In this document: positions 9,003 through 20,221 of the stretch, piece after piece | Layout: the number at the start of each line of letters is the position of its first letter | How positions within the stretch are numbered: position 1 is the stretch's first letter | Source: an uncultured delta proteobacterium | GTDB lineage: Bacteria; Myxococcota; Myxococcia; Myxococcales; Myxococcaceae | Length of the DNA stretch: 64,000 nucleotides | NCBI GenBank assembly: GCA_963771175.1 | Contig: CAVYSY010000040.1 | Location: 384,001-448,000, forward strand | Direction: 5' to 3' | Translations under genes and position numbers: made by a program | Notes under the pieces: model-generated | The model's input: the letters and a program-made list of their open reading frames with translations, nothing else | The model's database searches: none | What the model was told of the DNA's origin: nothing

Positions 9003-11261
9003 CTAGGTGTTCGAGGCCTTGAAGGCCCACCAGCGGATGCGGTCGAAGAACTCCATCGTCCCGGTGTTCGTGAACAGCTTGAAGGTGCCGTCGTAGGGCT
9101 TCGTGACTTCGGCGACGACCTGGAAGGAGGTGCCGTCGATGCCGGTTTCGCGGAAGGCGTAATACCGGTCTACCTTCCGCTCGTAATTGGGCGCGCCCGG
9201 ATTCTCTCCGAAGTCCTCGAGGCCGATGGTGATGGCCACCGGGACGGGCCCCAACCCGTGGGTGATGTAGGCCGTGGCACGCGCCTCTCCGATCTTGCTC
9301 ACGCCAGGAACGTTCGCCAGGGTGAATCCGCTCTTCTCCACCAGGCCCGTCACGGGGCCTTTCGAGATCACGTACTTGGCGACCGCCTGGCTCGTCGGGA
9401 TGACCTGCGTCGCGTTGGGGTCGAGCGCCCCGTTGGAGAACTGGGTGATGGCGAGTGAGCCGCCGGTGCCCACCTTGAGGGTCCCGGTAATCTCCGCGTC
9501 GGTCGTGATCTTCAGCGGCGACGAGCCGTCATCGGTGATGCGGGCCTTGTCGAGGGTGTTGGTGCCGGTCCACTTGACCAGCGTGTTGGCGGCTCCGCTT
9601 CCGAACCCCCTGTCGGTGATGTACTTGGCGACCGCCTGGCTCGTGGGGACGACTTGCGAGCCAGTCGGGTCCAGGGCCGCGTTGGTGAGCCGGGTGATGG
9701 GCTGCGAGTCGACGGCGGTGCCCACCTTCAGGGTGCCCGTCAGGAGAGTGGAGCCGCTCACCTCCAGGTTGCGGCCGTCGAGCTTCACCTTGAGGCCGTC
9801 GTCAATGACGCCGGAGTCCTGCAGCATGGAGGGGTTGCTGGGTTGCCACCTGGGCAAGACGTTCGCGGTGCCCGAGCCCGTGAACGATGCCGCCCGCGCC
9901 GCTTCAAGAGGCTGCGGAGCGTGGGGAAGACGTCGCGCAGGTCGCGCAGATCGGTCATCAGGTTCGCCACCGTGCCGTTCGCCTGGAGCTTCACCAGCGC
10001 GAGCGGCGCGTAGAAGTGCTGCTCTCCGGCCGGGGATTGGGGCGTGCCCTCGACCCAGTCCTCCAGGCCCGAAACGGTGCGCGCGGGAATGAGCCAGTAA
10101 TCTCCGGTCCGGTACAGGGCCGTATTGCTGTTCGCGAATTGTACCGTGAGGTCGCGCTCGAGCAGGATGCGAGGACCGGGCTGGGTGTAGTTCGGGCCCA
10201 CGTTCACCAGCGTCACGCCGGGGAGGTCGGGGTTCCACAGGTTGTCCCAGCGGCGGACGGTGGGGATCGTCGCGTCCTTGCGCGAGCGGGTTCTTGGTCG
10301 GCTCGGTCTCGTTGAACGGCGCCGACTCGGGGAGCTCCAGGTGGAGGGTGGCTCCCACGACGCTGGTGACGCTGCCGAAGATCCCCGCCTTGCGCTGGAA
10401 GACGAACTCCTCGTTGCTCAGCTCCACCATGTGGCCGGGCAGGAAGCTGCTGAAGCTGTCCCGGACCGACTGGTCGAGGGTGACGCTGAACTGCCAGACC
10501 TTCGTGGACTTGCCGTTCCGGATGACCGTGGCCAGGCTCGGCTGCGAGTAGGCCGACACCCGGGCCACCACGGTCCCGTTGTCTCGTGACCACTTGAAGG
10601 AGGCGGTGCTGGCGTTGCCTCCGCGGTGGACCTCCACGCGGTAGAGCTGGTTCTCCAGCGGAGTGCTGCCGGCCTTCACGTTCATCGAGCCGGTGCTCTC
10701 GGTCCCTTGCGGCTGCCAGGCGGGGCCGTAGACGGCGGGGTCGAGGGTGTAGATGTCGAGGGACGTGGAGCCCACCCACTCCATCCGCGCTTGCCAGACG
10801 AGCTGGCCCCGCGTGCCCGAGTCGGCGCCCGCCAGCGCCACCTCGCGGATGTCGGGATCCTCGAGGAAGGTGATGTGGCGCCTCCAGACGTCGAGGTAGA
10901 GGAGGTACGCACCGGGGCCCTTGGCCGGGGGGAGGGAGGTGCCGGGCTGGTCGACGTAGGCGACCGTCTCCTCGTTCTCCACCAGGTGCCCGTCCACGTA
11001 GTAACGCCCGGTGTTGATGAAGAGCTTCTCGGCGCTCTGCCCATCGTAGTAGACGACGAAGGGGGGCTTCCCCGCGATGCTCAAGTCCTGCGGCGCGCCG
11101 GTGGGGCCGATGATGTCGAGCACCTGGAGGCGATTGCGGTAGGCGGCAATCATCACCTGCTCGTTCCAGTCCGCGTCGGTCTGGACGCGGCCCTGTTGCA
11201 TCAGTACGGAGTCGTAGTGCCTTCCGGGCCTGAATGTGAAACGTGTAAAATCACCCTTCAT
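9003..11261 (-). CDS. DUF6519-type eCIS baseplate-anchored tail-fibre protein (compensating frameshifts near 10270-9890)
   Basis: N-terminus MKGDFTRFTF..RHYDSVLMQQGRVQTDADWNEQ, ENQLYRVEVH, FKWSRDNG. 'YRTGDYWLIPART...HFYAPLA' lies in alternate-frame ORF 9785..10216. C-terminal fibre-like repeats (VPTSQAVAKY). Confidence 0.8.
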   Translation of the reverse strand: MKGDFTRFTFRPGRHYDSVLMQQGRVQTDADWNEQVMIAAYRNRLQVLDIIGPTGAPQDLSIAGKPPFVVYYDGQSAEKLFINTGRYYVDGHLVENEETVAYVDQPGTSLPPAKGPGAYLLYLDVWRRHITFLEDPDIREVALAGADSGTRGQLVWQARMEWVGSTSLDIYTLDPAVYGPAWQPQGTESTGSMNVKAGSTPLENQLYRVEVHRGGNASTASFKWSRDNGTVVARVSAYSQPSLATVIRNGKSTKVWQFSVTLDQSVRDSFSSFLPGHMVELSNEEFVFQRKAGIFGSVTSVVGATLHLELPESAPFNETEPTKNPLAQGRDDPHRPPLGQPVEPRPPRRDAGERGPELHPARSSHPARARPHGTIREQQYGPVPDRRLLAHSRAHRFGPGGLGRGHAPIPGRRAALLRAARAGEAPGERHGGEPDDRSARPARRLPHAPQPLEAARAASFTGSGTANVLPRWQPSNPSMLQDSGVIDDGLKVKLDGRNLEVSGSTLLTGTLKVGTAVDSQPITRLTNAALDPTGSQVVPTSQAVAKYITDRGFGSGAANTLVKWTGTNTLDKARITDDGSSPLKITTDAEITGTLKVGTGGSLAITQFSNGALDPNATQVIPTSQAVAKYVISKGPVTGLVEKSGFTLANVPGVSKIGEARATAYITHGLGPVPVAITIGLEDFGENPGAPNYERKVDRYYAFRETGIDGTSFQVVAEVTKPYDGTFKLFTNTGTMEFFDRIRWWAFKASNT

Positions 11262-11270
11262 GGTGTCTCC

Positions 11271-13516
11271 TCAGGTCACGAAGATCAGCCCGGCCTCCAG
11301 GCCGAGGCGTAGGTATTCGGTGAGCGCCGCGCGGAGGTTCAGGATGCGCTGCGACTGCTCCAGGTGGTTGAAGGCTCCCATCTCGCCCTCGTCGCTCGCG
11401 CCGCGCAGGATCTCGTCCGGCATGTTGACGGCGAGCTGGCAGTAGCCCGGCTGGCCGTACTTCACGGACGTGAAGCGGGGATTCTGGCGGTAGAGGATGG
11501 CCTCCCGCTCCGTCGAGGTTGCCCCGTCCGGGAGCTGCGGTTGGCACTGGAACCGCGGCGGGAGCTCCGAGCTGAACGGCGCGTAGGAGAAGCGGGCGCA
11601 GCCGGGTTGGCGCCGTTCGCTCGTCACCGGCCCGGTGAAGAGCATGTCGCTGGCCAGCTCGAGCACGTCCACGCGCGTGCTGCCGAGGACCGTGCTCGTG
11701 CGCGCCCGGAGCACGCCGCCGTGGTCGATGGCGTGGCCAGCGCCCTGCTTCTGCTGATCGACGATGCTGTCCTCGAGCTCCAGTGTGCAGCCGGGGCCCA
11801 GCTTCTCCAGCGCCAGGGGGCCCACGATGCTGCGGCGCACCGCGCAGCTCACCGAGAGCGGCGGCTGTGAGCCTCCGGACTGGAGGATCTCCAGTCGCGA
11901 GCCGGCCGCCTGGGCCGACCCGGGCATCAGCGTGCAGTGGAGCAGCGAGACGGCCGTTGGCCCCTCGCGAGCCACCCGCACCACCACGCCGCCGCCGTGG
12001 ATCCACAGGCCATTCAGCGTCACGCTCGCGTGTCGGCCGAGGGTGATGATCAGATCGCCCCCGAGGCTGAGCACCGGGCGCTGCCGGTTGGCCGCGCGGA
12101 TCTCCAGGTGCTTGCCCTCCGGGACGTCGATCGTCAGCTCGCCGGTGGCGAGCCGGTAGACGAAGTTGTCGTGGAGCTCGACGACGGCTCCGGCCGTGTT
12201 GGGCTTCTCGGCCGCCCACGCCGCGAGCTGCTGTCGCAGGCCCGCTGTCTGGGCGTGCTCGTAGCGGACCGGGTAGCGGCTGAAGCCCTCGCGCTCGGGG
12301 AGCTCGGCGTGGCGGTCATAGGTCCCGCCGCCGAGATCGCTGCTGAAGCCGTAGTGGTAGCTGACCAGCACCTGCGTGCCTTGTTCCGGCTGGTTCCCTG
12401 GCGTGAACACCAGGCGTCCCAGCTCGGGGTCCACCACCGCGGTGATGTCCTTGTCGTCGAAGCCTCCCACCGCCCGGTAGTACCTGCGTTGGTGGGGATA
12501 GGGGCTCCACTTCGCGGCGTCGTCGCAGTCGCTCAAGTCCGCGATGAGGATCTGGGATGGGGGGATCTCCCGCGGCGGCTCCTTCACGCCCTTGCGCGTG
12601 TAGACGCGGAAGGGGGGTTGGTCTCCGAACCAGGCCGGGACGGGCTCGACGCCGTCCACCTCCGCCTGCCGGCGGGTCTCGAGCTCCAGGAAGAGGGCGC
12701 TGCGGCGGAGCTGACCCGGCAGGTGGTGCTCCTGCGTCAGGCTGGCCGCCTCCAGCTTCGTCTGCGGGAAGTTGAAGAGCGGGATGTCCTGCCCGAGCTG
12801 GTTGAAGTGGTACCAGGTGTCGGACGAGGGCCCGCTGCCGACGACGTTTACGTGCGCGGGGGCAAGGGTGACCGGCCAGGCCCGCAGGCGCCAGAGGAAC
12901 AGGCTCACGGTCTGGAGGTTGTAGCGGCCGCGGTCCCGCCGGGTGAGCACCATCACGGGCGCGTCCGGCGGCGGCTCGGCGCGGAGCTGACCGGGCGCCG
13001 GATCCCGGTTCAGCCCCCGCACGTCCAGCGTGTGGCTGGCGCGCTCGAAGGGGCCGTAGACGCGGTCCATCTCGTCCGTGTTGCGCAGCGCCGGCGTTCG
13101 CAGGGAGCCCAGGCGGGGATGCTTGACGTGCTGCGTGGTGGAGACCTGCTGGAACATCTCCAGCACGCTGGCGTACCAGCCGGTCACATCCTGGGCCACC
13201 TGCTCGAGCGCGGCCGGCGTACCCTTGCGCCGGCGCAGCGCGATCGCGTTGGCGACGTAGGCCCGCAACGTATACGCGCGGGGGTTCATCGCCCTCAGCC
13301 GGGCCATCCCCACCAGGTCGCCCACGTAGGGCACCAGCCACTCCTGGCACGTCTCGATGAACCAGTTGCGGTACAGGCTGCCGACGTCGTCGTGGAGCTG
13401 GCTGCCGACCTGCTCCACGACGGCCATCAGCGCCCGCAGGGCTCGCCCTGCTCGCGATCCCGGATCCGGACGTGCGCCGGCAACCACGAATACAGGAGAT
13501 CGGGATCCAGGCTCAT
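11271..13516 (-). CDS. eCIS baseplate wedge / phage tail protein I-like (frameshift near 13440)
   Basis: MSLDPDLLYSWLPAHVRIRD (start 13516) joins 'LYRNWFIETCQEWLVPYVGDLVG...RAYVANAIALRRRKGT', VDPELGRL and C-terminal 'GEMGAFNHL...LTEYLRLGLEAGLIFVT'. Confidence 0.8.
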
Positions 13517-16346
13517 GGCTGCGAGTTCTCCGGGTTCTGGAGCGTGATGCCGTGGGGGGAGGGATCCAGCAACAGCAACTCGGCCGCGAGGAGGGCGTTC
13601 GGCGCGGCGGTGTCCCACCGCGCCGACTCGGCGGAGATCCACGCCTTCACCGTGGTCGGGATGTCGGGCTGGCTGGGAGCGCTCTCGGCCAGGCCGTTCA
13701 GATCCACGAAGTCGACGCCGGGGACGCCCTGGAGCAACGCGACCACCTCGGCCGCCGAGACGCCTTGCCCGAAGGCGCGCCGCTCGAAGGCGAAGGCCCG
13801 GGTGAGCGCGGCGCGGGCCGCCGCCACCACGTCCTCGAAGAGGTAGTCGGGGGCCGTGCGGAGGGTCGCGGCCACGCGGAACCAGAGGGGCCTGTAGCCG
13901 GCCAGCTCGACGGGCACGGTGGTGTCCCGGACGGCGTCCATCGCCGCCCGCAGGTTGTCGAGGAGGACCGCCTCCGCGGGGGCGGGGCTGCCGTCCGCCA
14001 GCGCCAGCGTGAGGTGGAGGCGCTGCGTCTCGCCGCGGCGCAGGAACGCGGCGCGGGCCTTGCCGATCCCAGCGAAGGACTGGGCGAAGGTCTCGTAGTC
14101 CGTCACCGAGACGATGCGGTCCAGCGTGAGCACCGAGGCCGGCACGTCACCGCGGGCCACCGCGCCCGTGTCCGGCGCCTCGGCCCCGGTGGCCGCCAGC
14201 GGATTGCTGACGGCGCGCAGCCCGAGCGGCCGGGTCTGGAACAGCATGATCTTCCCGGCGCCGACGGCGCCCTCCGGCCCGGTGCCGATCCGGTAGGTGG
14301 CGACGACGTTCTCCTGTCCGGTGGGCAGCCGCGCGCCGTGGACGCCGTCGCCGAAGATGACGGTGGTGCGCCCGTGCTCGTCGCGCTGGGCGAGGTAGAC
14401 CCGGCTGTTCGCACCCTGCTCGTGGAGGGACGACACCTCGTGCCACAGGACGCCGTCCACCCGGAGCTCCAGCGTGCTGCGCCGGCCGCTGGGGGTCGCG
14501 GCGGAGATCCACGTCACCGGCTCGCGCCGGAGGGTGAAGCGCTGGTTGGCCTGGCTGCCGTTGCCGCTGCCGAGCACCTCGCTGCACGGTCTCGCCGTGG
14601 GTGGCGACGGCGACGTTGCCGTGGATCGCGACGGTGGCCCGGTCGTACCAGTGCTTCAGCGGCGCCATGAAGCGGAGCGTTGTCTGGACCGGGGTGTGCG
14701 AGACGGTCTCGAGCGTCACCACCTCGGCGATGGCTGGATCCTTCGCCTGGGCCGGCTCGAGCGTGAGCGCCTTGGCCGGCAGCGTCACGGTGCCCTCGAA
14801 CCCGGCCGCATCCACGAGGCGCCACTGGTAGTGCGTCCCCGGCGGCTGCCCGCCTTGTGGTGGAACCTTGACCGGCCAGGTGGAGACGAAGACGGTGTCT
14901 CCGTTGGCGCAGCGCCTGGTCACGCCGCTGGGGGCGGTGAGGGTGATGCCGTTGTCGGCCCGTACCCGCGCCCGGAGCCGTTTCCCGGTGACGACGAGGG
15001 TCCGTCCCGCCTCCAGGCCGGGCACCACGCCGTCCACGGTGACCTTGTCCTCCTCGTCGAGCCCCGTCGAGTCCTTGGTGGGGCGGAGGTCGGGGAAGGG
15101 GGCGAGGATGTGGGTTCCCCAGGTCTCGTTGACGAGGGGGCGCTCGGCGGTTGGCACTGCGTCGCCCTGGCCCAGGACGACGACCGTGCGGCGCGCTCCC
15201 GCGAACGCGCTGATGTCCCGCGGTCCCGCTGCCGCTCGGGGTGGAGTCAAGCTCGGGCGAGGAGCAGCGCGCCGTCAGTGCGTAGTTCGTGTGGCTTCGC
15301 GCCTCCACCGATTGGACCCAGTACAGCTCGAGAGTGGAGCCCGCGACGAGCACCAGCCACGTCTTGGGCAACAGGCGCGGGTAGAGGTTGTCCAAGTAGA
15401 GGCGGCTGCTCTCGAGGGTGAGGTCGAAGGCCGGCCAGTTGGTCTTGTCGGCGCGGTTGTTGTCGGAGTCGTACTTCGCGTTGTACTGGGCCTGGACCGC
15501 GGCCGGCATCGTCAGCCAGTCCGGCGCGTTGTGGCCGAAGGCGGCCATGCGCTGGTTCATCAGGTAGATGGTGCCGCGCCCATGAGCCGGCTCCGGTTCG
15601 CCCGGGGCCCCCTGCTGCGGCACCAGGTGCACGCGGACGCGCCCCGCCGCCGTGTCCTGCTCGACCGAGGCCACGGTGCGCAACCTCCAGCGGTCGCTCT
15701 TCTCGTCCGTCTCCCGCGTGTGGCTGACGAGCAGCAGGAGGTCGCCCGGCACCAGGTTCCCCTGCGGCAACCGCAGCCACAACTCCTGAGCGTCCAGCGA
15801 GAAGCGTTGCGGCACCGAGGTGATGGGGCGGAGCTGGTTCCACTCTGGCCGCGCCACGAGCTGCTCCACCGTCTCGAAAGTCTGCGGCCGCTCGTCCTGG
15901 CCGGGGACGCTCAGCATCCGCACTCCGGGCTTGACCAGGACCTGCGCGGGCGCGCCCGCCGCCTCCTCCACGGTGAAGGCGAGCCAGGCGCTCGCGGCCA
16001 GACCGGGGCCCAGCTCGTAGCCGACGGCGCGCGCCAGCTCGAGCACGGACCGCGTCTCGGTGGCGGTGCGCAGGAAGCCCTCGTTGACGATGCGCTCCTG
16101 GTAGAAGGTCAGCACGTCCGCCACCACGGCGAAGGCGTCGAGCAGCGCCACGGTGGGGTCCCGAGGGCTGTGCGTGGCCAGGTTGGCCAGCGGGCGCGTG
16201 CTGGCGTAGGGGCCGTCCGGGAGGGTCTGCCAGGGCAGCCGCTCGAGCATCTCCCGCAGGAAGTCCGAGCGCGTGCCGAGCCGGTAGCTCAGCGCGGAGC
16301 GCTCGGGAGGGTTGGCCGGGGGTCCGGATGACGACGAGGTCGACAT
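13513..16346 (-). CDS. eCIS baseplate assembly protein (baseplate J-like; frameshifts near 15230 and 14580)
   Basis: Pieces 14514..16346, 14147..15250 and 13513..14577: 'DVLTFYQERIVNEGFLRTATETRSVLELARAVGYEL.PG', 'FGDGVHGARLPTGQENVVATYRIG.G', 'DRIVSVTDYE.FA'. Confidence 0.85.
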
Positions 16347-16347
16347 G

Positions 16348-19041
16348 TTACAGGCCTCCCTCCATGTAGAGCTCGAGCCGGCCGTTCTCCGGGCGGCCCG
16401 CGTCGTTGTCCAATCGGGCGATCTCCAGCGGGCCGATGGGGATCATCCCCTGGGCGAGCTCGCCTTGCGGCGGCGTGCCCCAGCGTTGGAAGCGCTGGAC
16501 GTGGAGGGGCGGCGGGTTCGCGTTGCGGTTGTCGGTGAAGTCGAGCCAGGTGACGCCGGGCACCGCCATGGCGGTCGCGATGAGCTGGCTGAGGAGGACG
16601 GGCTGCCCGAACGTCCAGCGGTCGGGGTGGAAGAAGCCCTGGGTGCCGTTCGGCCGCACGGTGTTGCTGAACGCCTCCAGCAGCGCCTTGCGCACGGTGC
16701 TGCGCAGGTAGTCCTCGGCCACGTGCACGGAGAAGGCGATGTCCAGCGGGACGTAGCGCGGGCTCTCGATACGGACGTCGTGCCGGGTCATCCGGTAGCG
16801 CTCGAGGAACGCGATCAGCCGGGCGCGGAAGGCCTCGTCCACGGGGTAGCCGCCCACCCGCTCCACGAAGATGAAGACGGTGTGCCAGCTCCCGGTCCAG
16901 CGGAAGACGGCGGCCGCCTTCTCCACCTCCGGGTGTCGCTCCGCGATGGCGCCGTAGTCTGCCTCCGTCACCGCCCGCTCCTGCGTGCGGAAGGTGGTGG
17001 GGGCCAGCAGGCGGACCTCGGCGGCGCTCTGCGGCTCGCGACCCCCCACGCCAGGGAGCGGGTTGCGGACCCGGAGGATGCCCGTGTCGGGGTTCGTCTG
17101 GGGCAGCGGGCCAGCGTAGACAGCTCCCGGGAGCGGGAAGAACAGCACGTGGCGCAGCGCCTCGGCGCTGATGTTGCCGCGGCTGCCGTTGCCCACCCGG
17201 TACTGGGCGGCGAAGCGCGTGCCCGGGAGCGGGCGGCGGCCCTTGAGGTCGTCCCCGAAGCGCAGGGACGTCCGCTCCTGCTCGTCCACCTCCACCACGA
17301 ACTCGGAGGCGAAGCGGTCGCTCCCGAGCAGATCCCGGCGCGGGTACCAGCTCTCCCGCGCCGGGCCGCCGCTCTCCGCCGAATCCTCGGGCAGCTCCAG
17401 CAGCCGCACCGACGGCTGGACGTCGCGCAGCTCCCACTCGAGCGCGTGGGAGGCGGGGGCCTCCGGGTCCACCGGCACCAGCACGCCGCGTCGATCGCGG
17501 ACCCGGCCCTGCTGCGTCAGCGGCGCCTGGGCCAGGCGTGGCGCTTCGAGCTCCACGTTGTCCACCGTCAGGCGCTCCTCGGGAAGCACCGTCCGGCCAT
17601 GGTCCACGAGGATGACGTTGCCGCGCGCGACGCTGATCGGCAGCGGCCCCGAGCCGTCCCGGGCCGGCAGGGTGCCGAGCTCGAGGTCGAAGGCCAGCGC
17701 GTCGGCGTCCGACCAGCCCACCTCCGCCACCTGCAGCGGGTCGGGGTTGGGGGCGGCGAGCTCGTAGCGCTTCCCCGTGGCCTCGACGTAGAGCGGATCC
17801 GAGGTGTACGTCACCGACGTCAGCCGGACGACCTGCCGGCGATCCGGCCGGGCGTCCCGCTCCTCGCCCGTGACGGGGCCGCGGATCTCCTCGAGTAGCA
17901 GCAGATCCCCCACGGCGAGCTGGAGCCCGCCGTTCTTCTTGTTGCCGCCCGCGTTGCGCAGGGTGGCCTGCGTGGCGCCCCGGCGGAGGACGGTCGTCGC
18001 GTCGCCCCAGGTATAGAAGGGGATGGCGTTGCGCTCCTGGCGCAAGAGCGCGTCGTGCAGGGGCTCGAACACCTCCGCGCGCGTGGGCACGGAGGGATCG
18101 AACTGGCCGGCGCTCGCGGCGGGCGGCAAGGTGTCCACCGTGGTGAGAAACTGCACCACCACGTCCGGTCCCGGAAACAGGTACAGCGGAGCATTTTCGG
18201 GCGTGGGGCCCACCTCCAACGCGACGAACGTCCGCGCGTTGCAGCCGTCGTGCATGAGGTAGTCGAGCAGGCGGGCGTGGCGGCGGACGGAGATGCGCCG
18301 GCGCGCGGTGCCGAGGTACGCCTCGGTCGCGACCGCGTCCTGGTAGTAGCTGAGGTAGTCTCCCGCGGCGGCCAACGTCTCCACGAGCGTGATGCCCAGA
18401 TCCGATGGGTTGCGCTCCGTCCAGTCCGGCAGCAGCGTGGACATCCGGTCCAGCATCAAGCGGCGGAAGCTGGCGTAGTCCTTGGCGAGGTAGTCGATCT
18501 CCGGCTCCTCGGCCACGGCCCTCGCCGGGGCCGGGGTGGGGCCGCAGTCGAACTCGCTCTCGTCCACCTGGAAGGAGAAGTCCACCGTCTGGAGCTGGCG
18601 GTCGATGAGCGTGTCGGGCGGGGAGGTGAGGGCCAGGGTGTACGTGGCCAGATCGCCGCGGGTCCAGGTCCGGACCACGAGCACGCGGTCGGGCACGTCC
18701 GTACCGAGCTGGCCGCGCTTCTGGAAGTACGCCGAGAGCGCCTGCTTCTGGGACGCATTCCATCCCGGCGGCCAGCCCCCGCCCGCGAGCAGCGCGGTGG
18801 CGGGGGCGGTCCACTGGACGGCGACGCTCGTGAGCCGGCCGCCGCCCCGGATGGACACCAGGCCGGGCGCGATGGAGGTCAGCCCCACCGCCTTCAGCAT
18901 GTAGACGAGCAGGGTACCGCTCGTGTCGTTCTGGGCCGCGGGCGGCAGCAACTCGAGGAAGTCGATGCCGTTGACCACCTGCTGGCTCTCGCGGACCTGG
19001 TGGCGACGCGCCTCGCTCCCGGAGGTGTAGACGGTGCCCAT
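16348..19041 (-). CDS. eCIS baseplate assembly protein (baseplate J/gp6-like, Afp11-like)
   Basis: 'IDYLAKDYASFRRLMLDR...PDWTERNPSDLGITLVE...YYQDAVATEAYLGTARRRISVRRHARLLDY', 'LRFGDD..GRRP', 'QERAVTEADY'. Likely ATG at 19041. Confidence 0.88.
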   Translation of the reverse strand: MGTVYTSGSEARRHQVRESQQVVNGIDFLELLPPAAQNDTSGTLLVYMLKAVGLTSIAPGLVSIRGGGRLTSVAVQWTAPATALLAGGGWPPGWNASQKQALSAYFQKRGQLGTDVPDRVLVVRTWTRGDLATYTLALTSPPDTLIDRQLQTVDFSFQVDESEFDCGPTPAPARAVAEEPEIDYLAKDYASFRRLMLDRMSTLLPDWTERNPSDLGITLVETLAAAGDYLSYYQDAVATEAYLGTARRRISVRRHARLLDYLMHDGCNARTFVALEVGPTPENAPLYLFPGPDVVVQFLTTVDTLPPAASAGQFDPSVPTRAEVFEPLHDALLRQERNAIPFYTWGDATTVLRRGATQATLRNAGGNKKNGGLQLAVGDLLLLEEIRGPVTGEERDARPDRRQVVRLTSVTYTSDPLYVEATGKRYELAAPNPDPLQVAEVGWSDADALAFDLELGTLPARDGSGPLPISVARGNVILVDHGRTVLPEERLTVDNVELEAPRLAQAPLTQQGRVRDRRGVLVPVDPEAPASHALEWELRDVQPSVRLLELPEDSAESGGPARESWYPRRDLLGSDRFASEFVVEVDEQERTSLRFGDDLKGRRPLPGTRFAAQYRVGNGSRGNISAEALRHVLFFPLPGAVYAGPLPQTNPDTGILRVRNPLPGVGGREPQSAAEVRLLAPTTFRTQERAVTEADYGAIAERHPEVEKAAAVFRWTGSWHTVFIFVERVGGYPVDEAFRARLIAFLERYRMTRHDVRIESPRYVPLDIAFSVHVAEDYLRSTVRKALLEAFSNTVRPNGTQGFFHPDRWTFGQPVLLSQLIATAMAVPGVTWLDFTDNRNANPPPLHVQRFQRWGTPPQGELAQGMIPIGPLEIARLDNDAGRPENGRLELYMEGGL

Positions 19042-19042
19042 G

Positions 19043-19402
19043 TCAGGCCTCACGGGTGAACTGCGCGACCTGTCGCTGCTGGGTGCGCCGGACCACGTAC
19101 TGCACCGTCACCTGGAGGGTCGATTCCATCGCCTGCGCCTCCACCGCGGTCACCTGGATGACGTCCCCCAACCACTGCTGCAGCGCGCCCTGCAGCATGA
19201 ACTGCGTGGCCGAGGCGATCTCGTCGTTCCCCGGGGAGAACACCAGCTGCCGGATGGCCGAGCCAAACGTGGGCCGGTTGATCCGCTCGCCCGGCGCGGT
19301 GAACAGGAGCTGCTCGATGAGCTGCCGGATATGGGCGTCGTCGTCCGCGCCGGCCGTGCGCCCGCGCCCGTCGATCCGGAAGGGAAAGCCGAAGTTCGCC
19401 AT
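19043..19402 (-). CDS. GPW/gp25 family baseplate protein (Afp9-like)
   Basis: [17 protein letters not shown]...HIRQLIEQLLFTAPGERINRPTFGS is the gp25 signature. Start overlaps the upstream stop. Confidence 0.9.
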   Translation of the reverse strand: MANFGFPFRIDGRGRTAGADDDAHIRQLIEQLLFTAPGERINRPTFGSAIRQLVFSPGNDEIASATQFMLQGALQQWLGDVIQVTAVEAQAMESTLQVTVQYVVRRTQQRQVAQFTREA

Positions 19403-19722
19403 CACATCCCCCTGACCCGCACCTGCGTGGCGATCACCGTCAGCGGGGTGCCGTTGGGCACGCAGATCGCCTGACTGTCCTGGAGCAGCACCGGCTGGCC
19501 GTTGGAGCGCACCCGCGTCGCCGCCACCGTCCACTGGGCGGTGACGCACGGGCTGGGGGCGCCGCTGACGTTGAACGCGCAGCCGCTCACCGAGTACGTG
19601 CTCGACTGCACGACCGTGAGCTGGCCGCTCACCTTGACCCGCGGGTTCGGCACCATGGGCTGGGCCTGGCCGGCGTGCGCGCAGATCACCGTGGCTCCGG
19701 CGTGGAGCAGGAAGCCGGGCAT
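19402..19722 (-). CDS. PAAR-like (DUF4280-type) spike tip protein
   Basis: [19 protein letters not shown]...GC...PCVTAQW......[15 protein letters not shown]; CxH plus conserved Cys; position between gp5 and gp25. Confidence 0.8.
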   Translation of the reverse strand: MPGFLLHAGATVICAHAGQAQPMVPNPRVKVSGQLTVVQSSTYSVSGCAFNVSGAPSPCVTAQWTVAATRVRSNGQPVLLQDSQAICVPNGTPLTVIATQVRVRGM

Positions 19723-20221
19723 CACATCACCTCCAGGGCGCCGTCGTTGAGGTTCACGCTCGCGGGGGTCAGCTTCACCTTCGCGGCGCCGTTGGACAGC
19801 TCGATCCCGGACGCGTCCAGGACGATCTTGAGCGGCGTCGCCACCACGGGTGGCGAAACCTCCAGGGTGACCCCGCCGGCGCCGGGCAGCTCGCTTACCG
19901 TCAGCGTGATGCCCTGCGTCTTGAAGACCTTCATCTCCGCGATGGCCGGCTGCGCGGGGACCTCGCCCTGGCCCCAGAAGCAGCCGCTCCAGATGGGGTA
20001 GTCGGGATCGCCCCGCCTCGAACTCGACCCACACGTTGGCTCCGACGGGCGGCAGCATGAAGAACCCCACGCCACTGCCCGCGAACGGCACGCACGGCAG
20101 AGCCCAGCTCGAGCGTCCCGTCGCCCAGCACCGCGGGGGCGCTGACCTGCAGGCGCCCCAGCATCATCGGGTCGACGTTGTTCTCGACCTTGCCGCGATA
20201 CTTTCCGTAATAGCGATTCAT
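19722..20221 (-). CDS. Baseplate assembly protein V / gp5 OB-fold spike (two frameshifts)
   Basis: [33 protein letters not shown] + [26 protein letters not shown] + [12 protein letters not shown], assembled from three frames. Confidence 0.88.
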
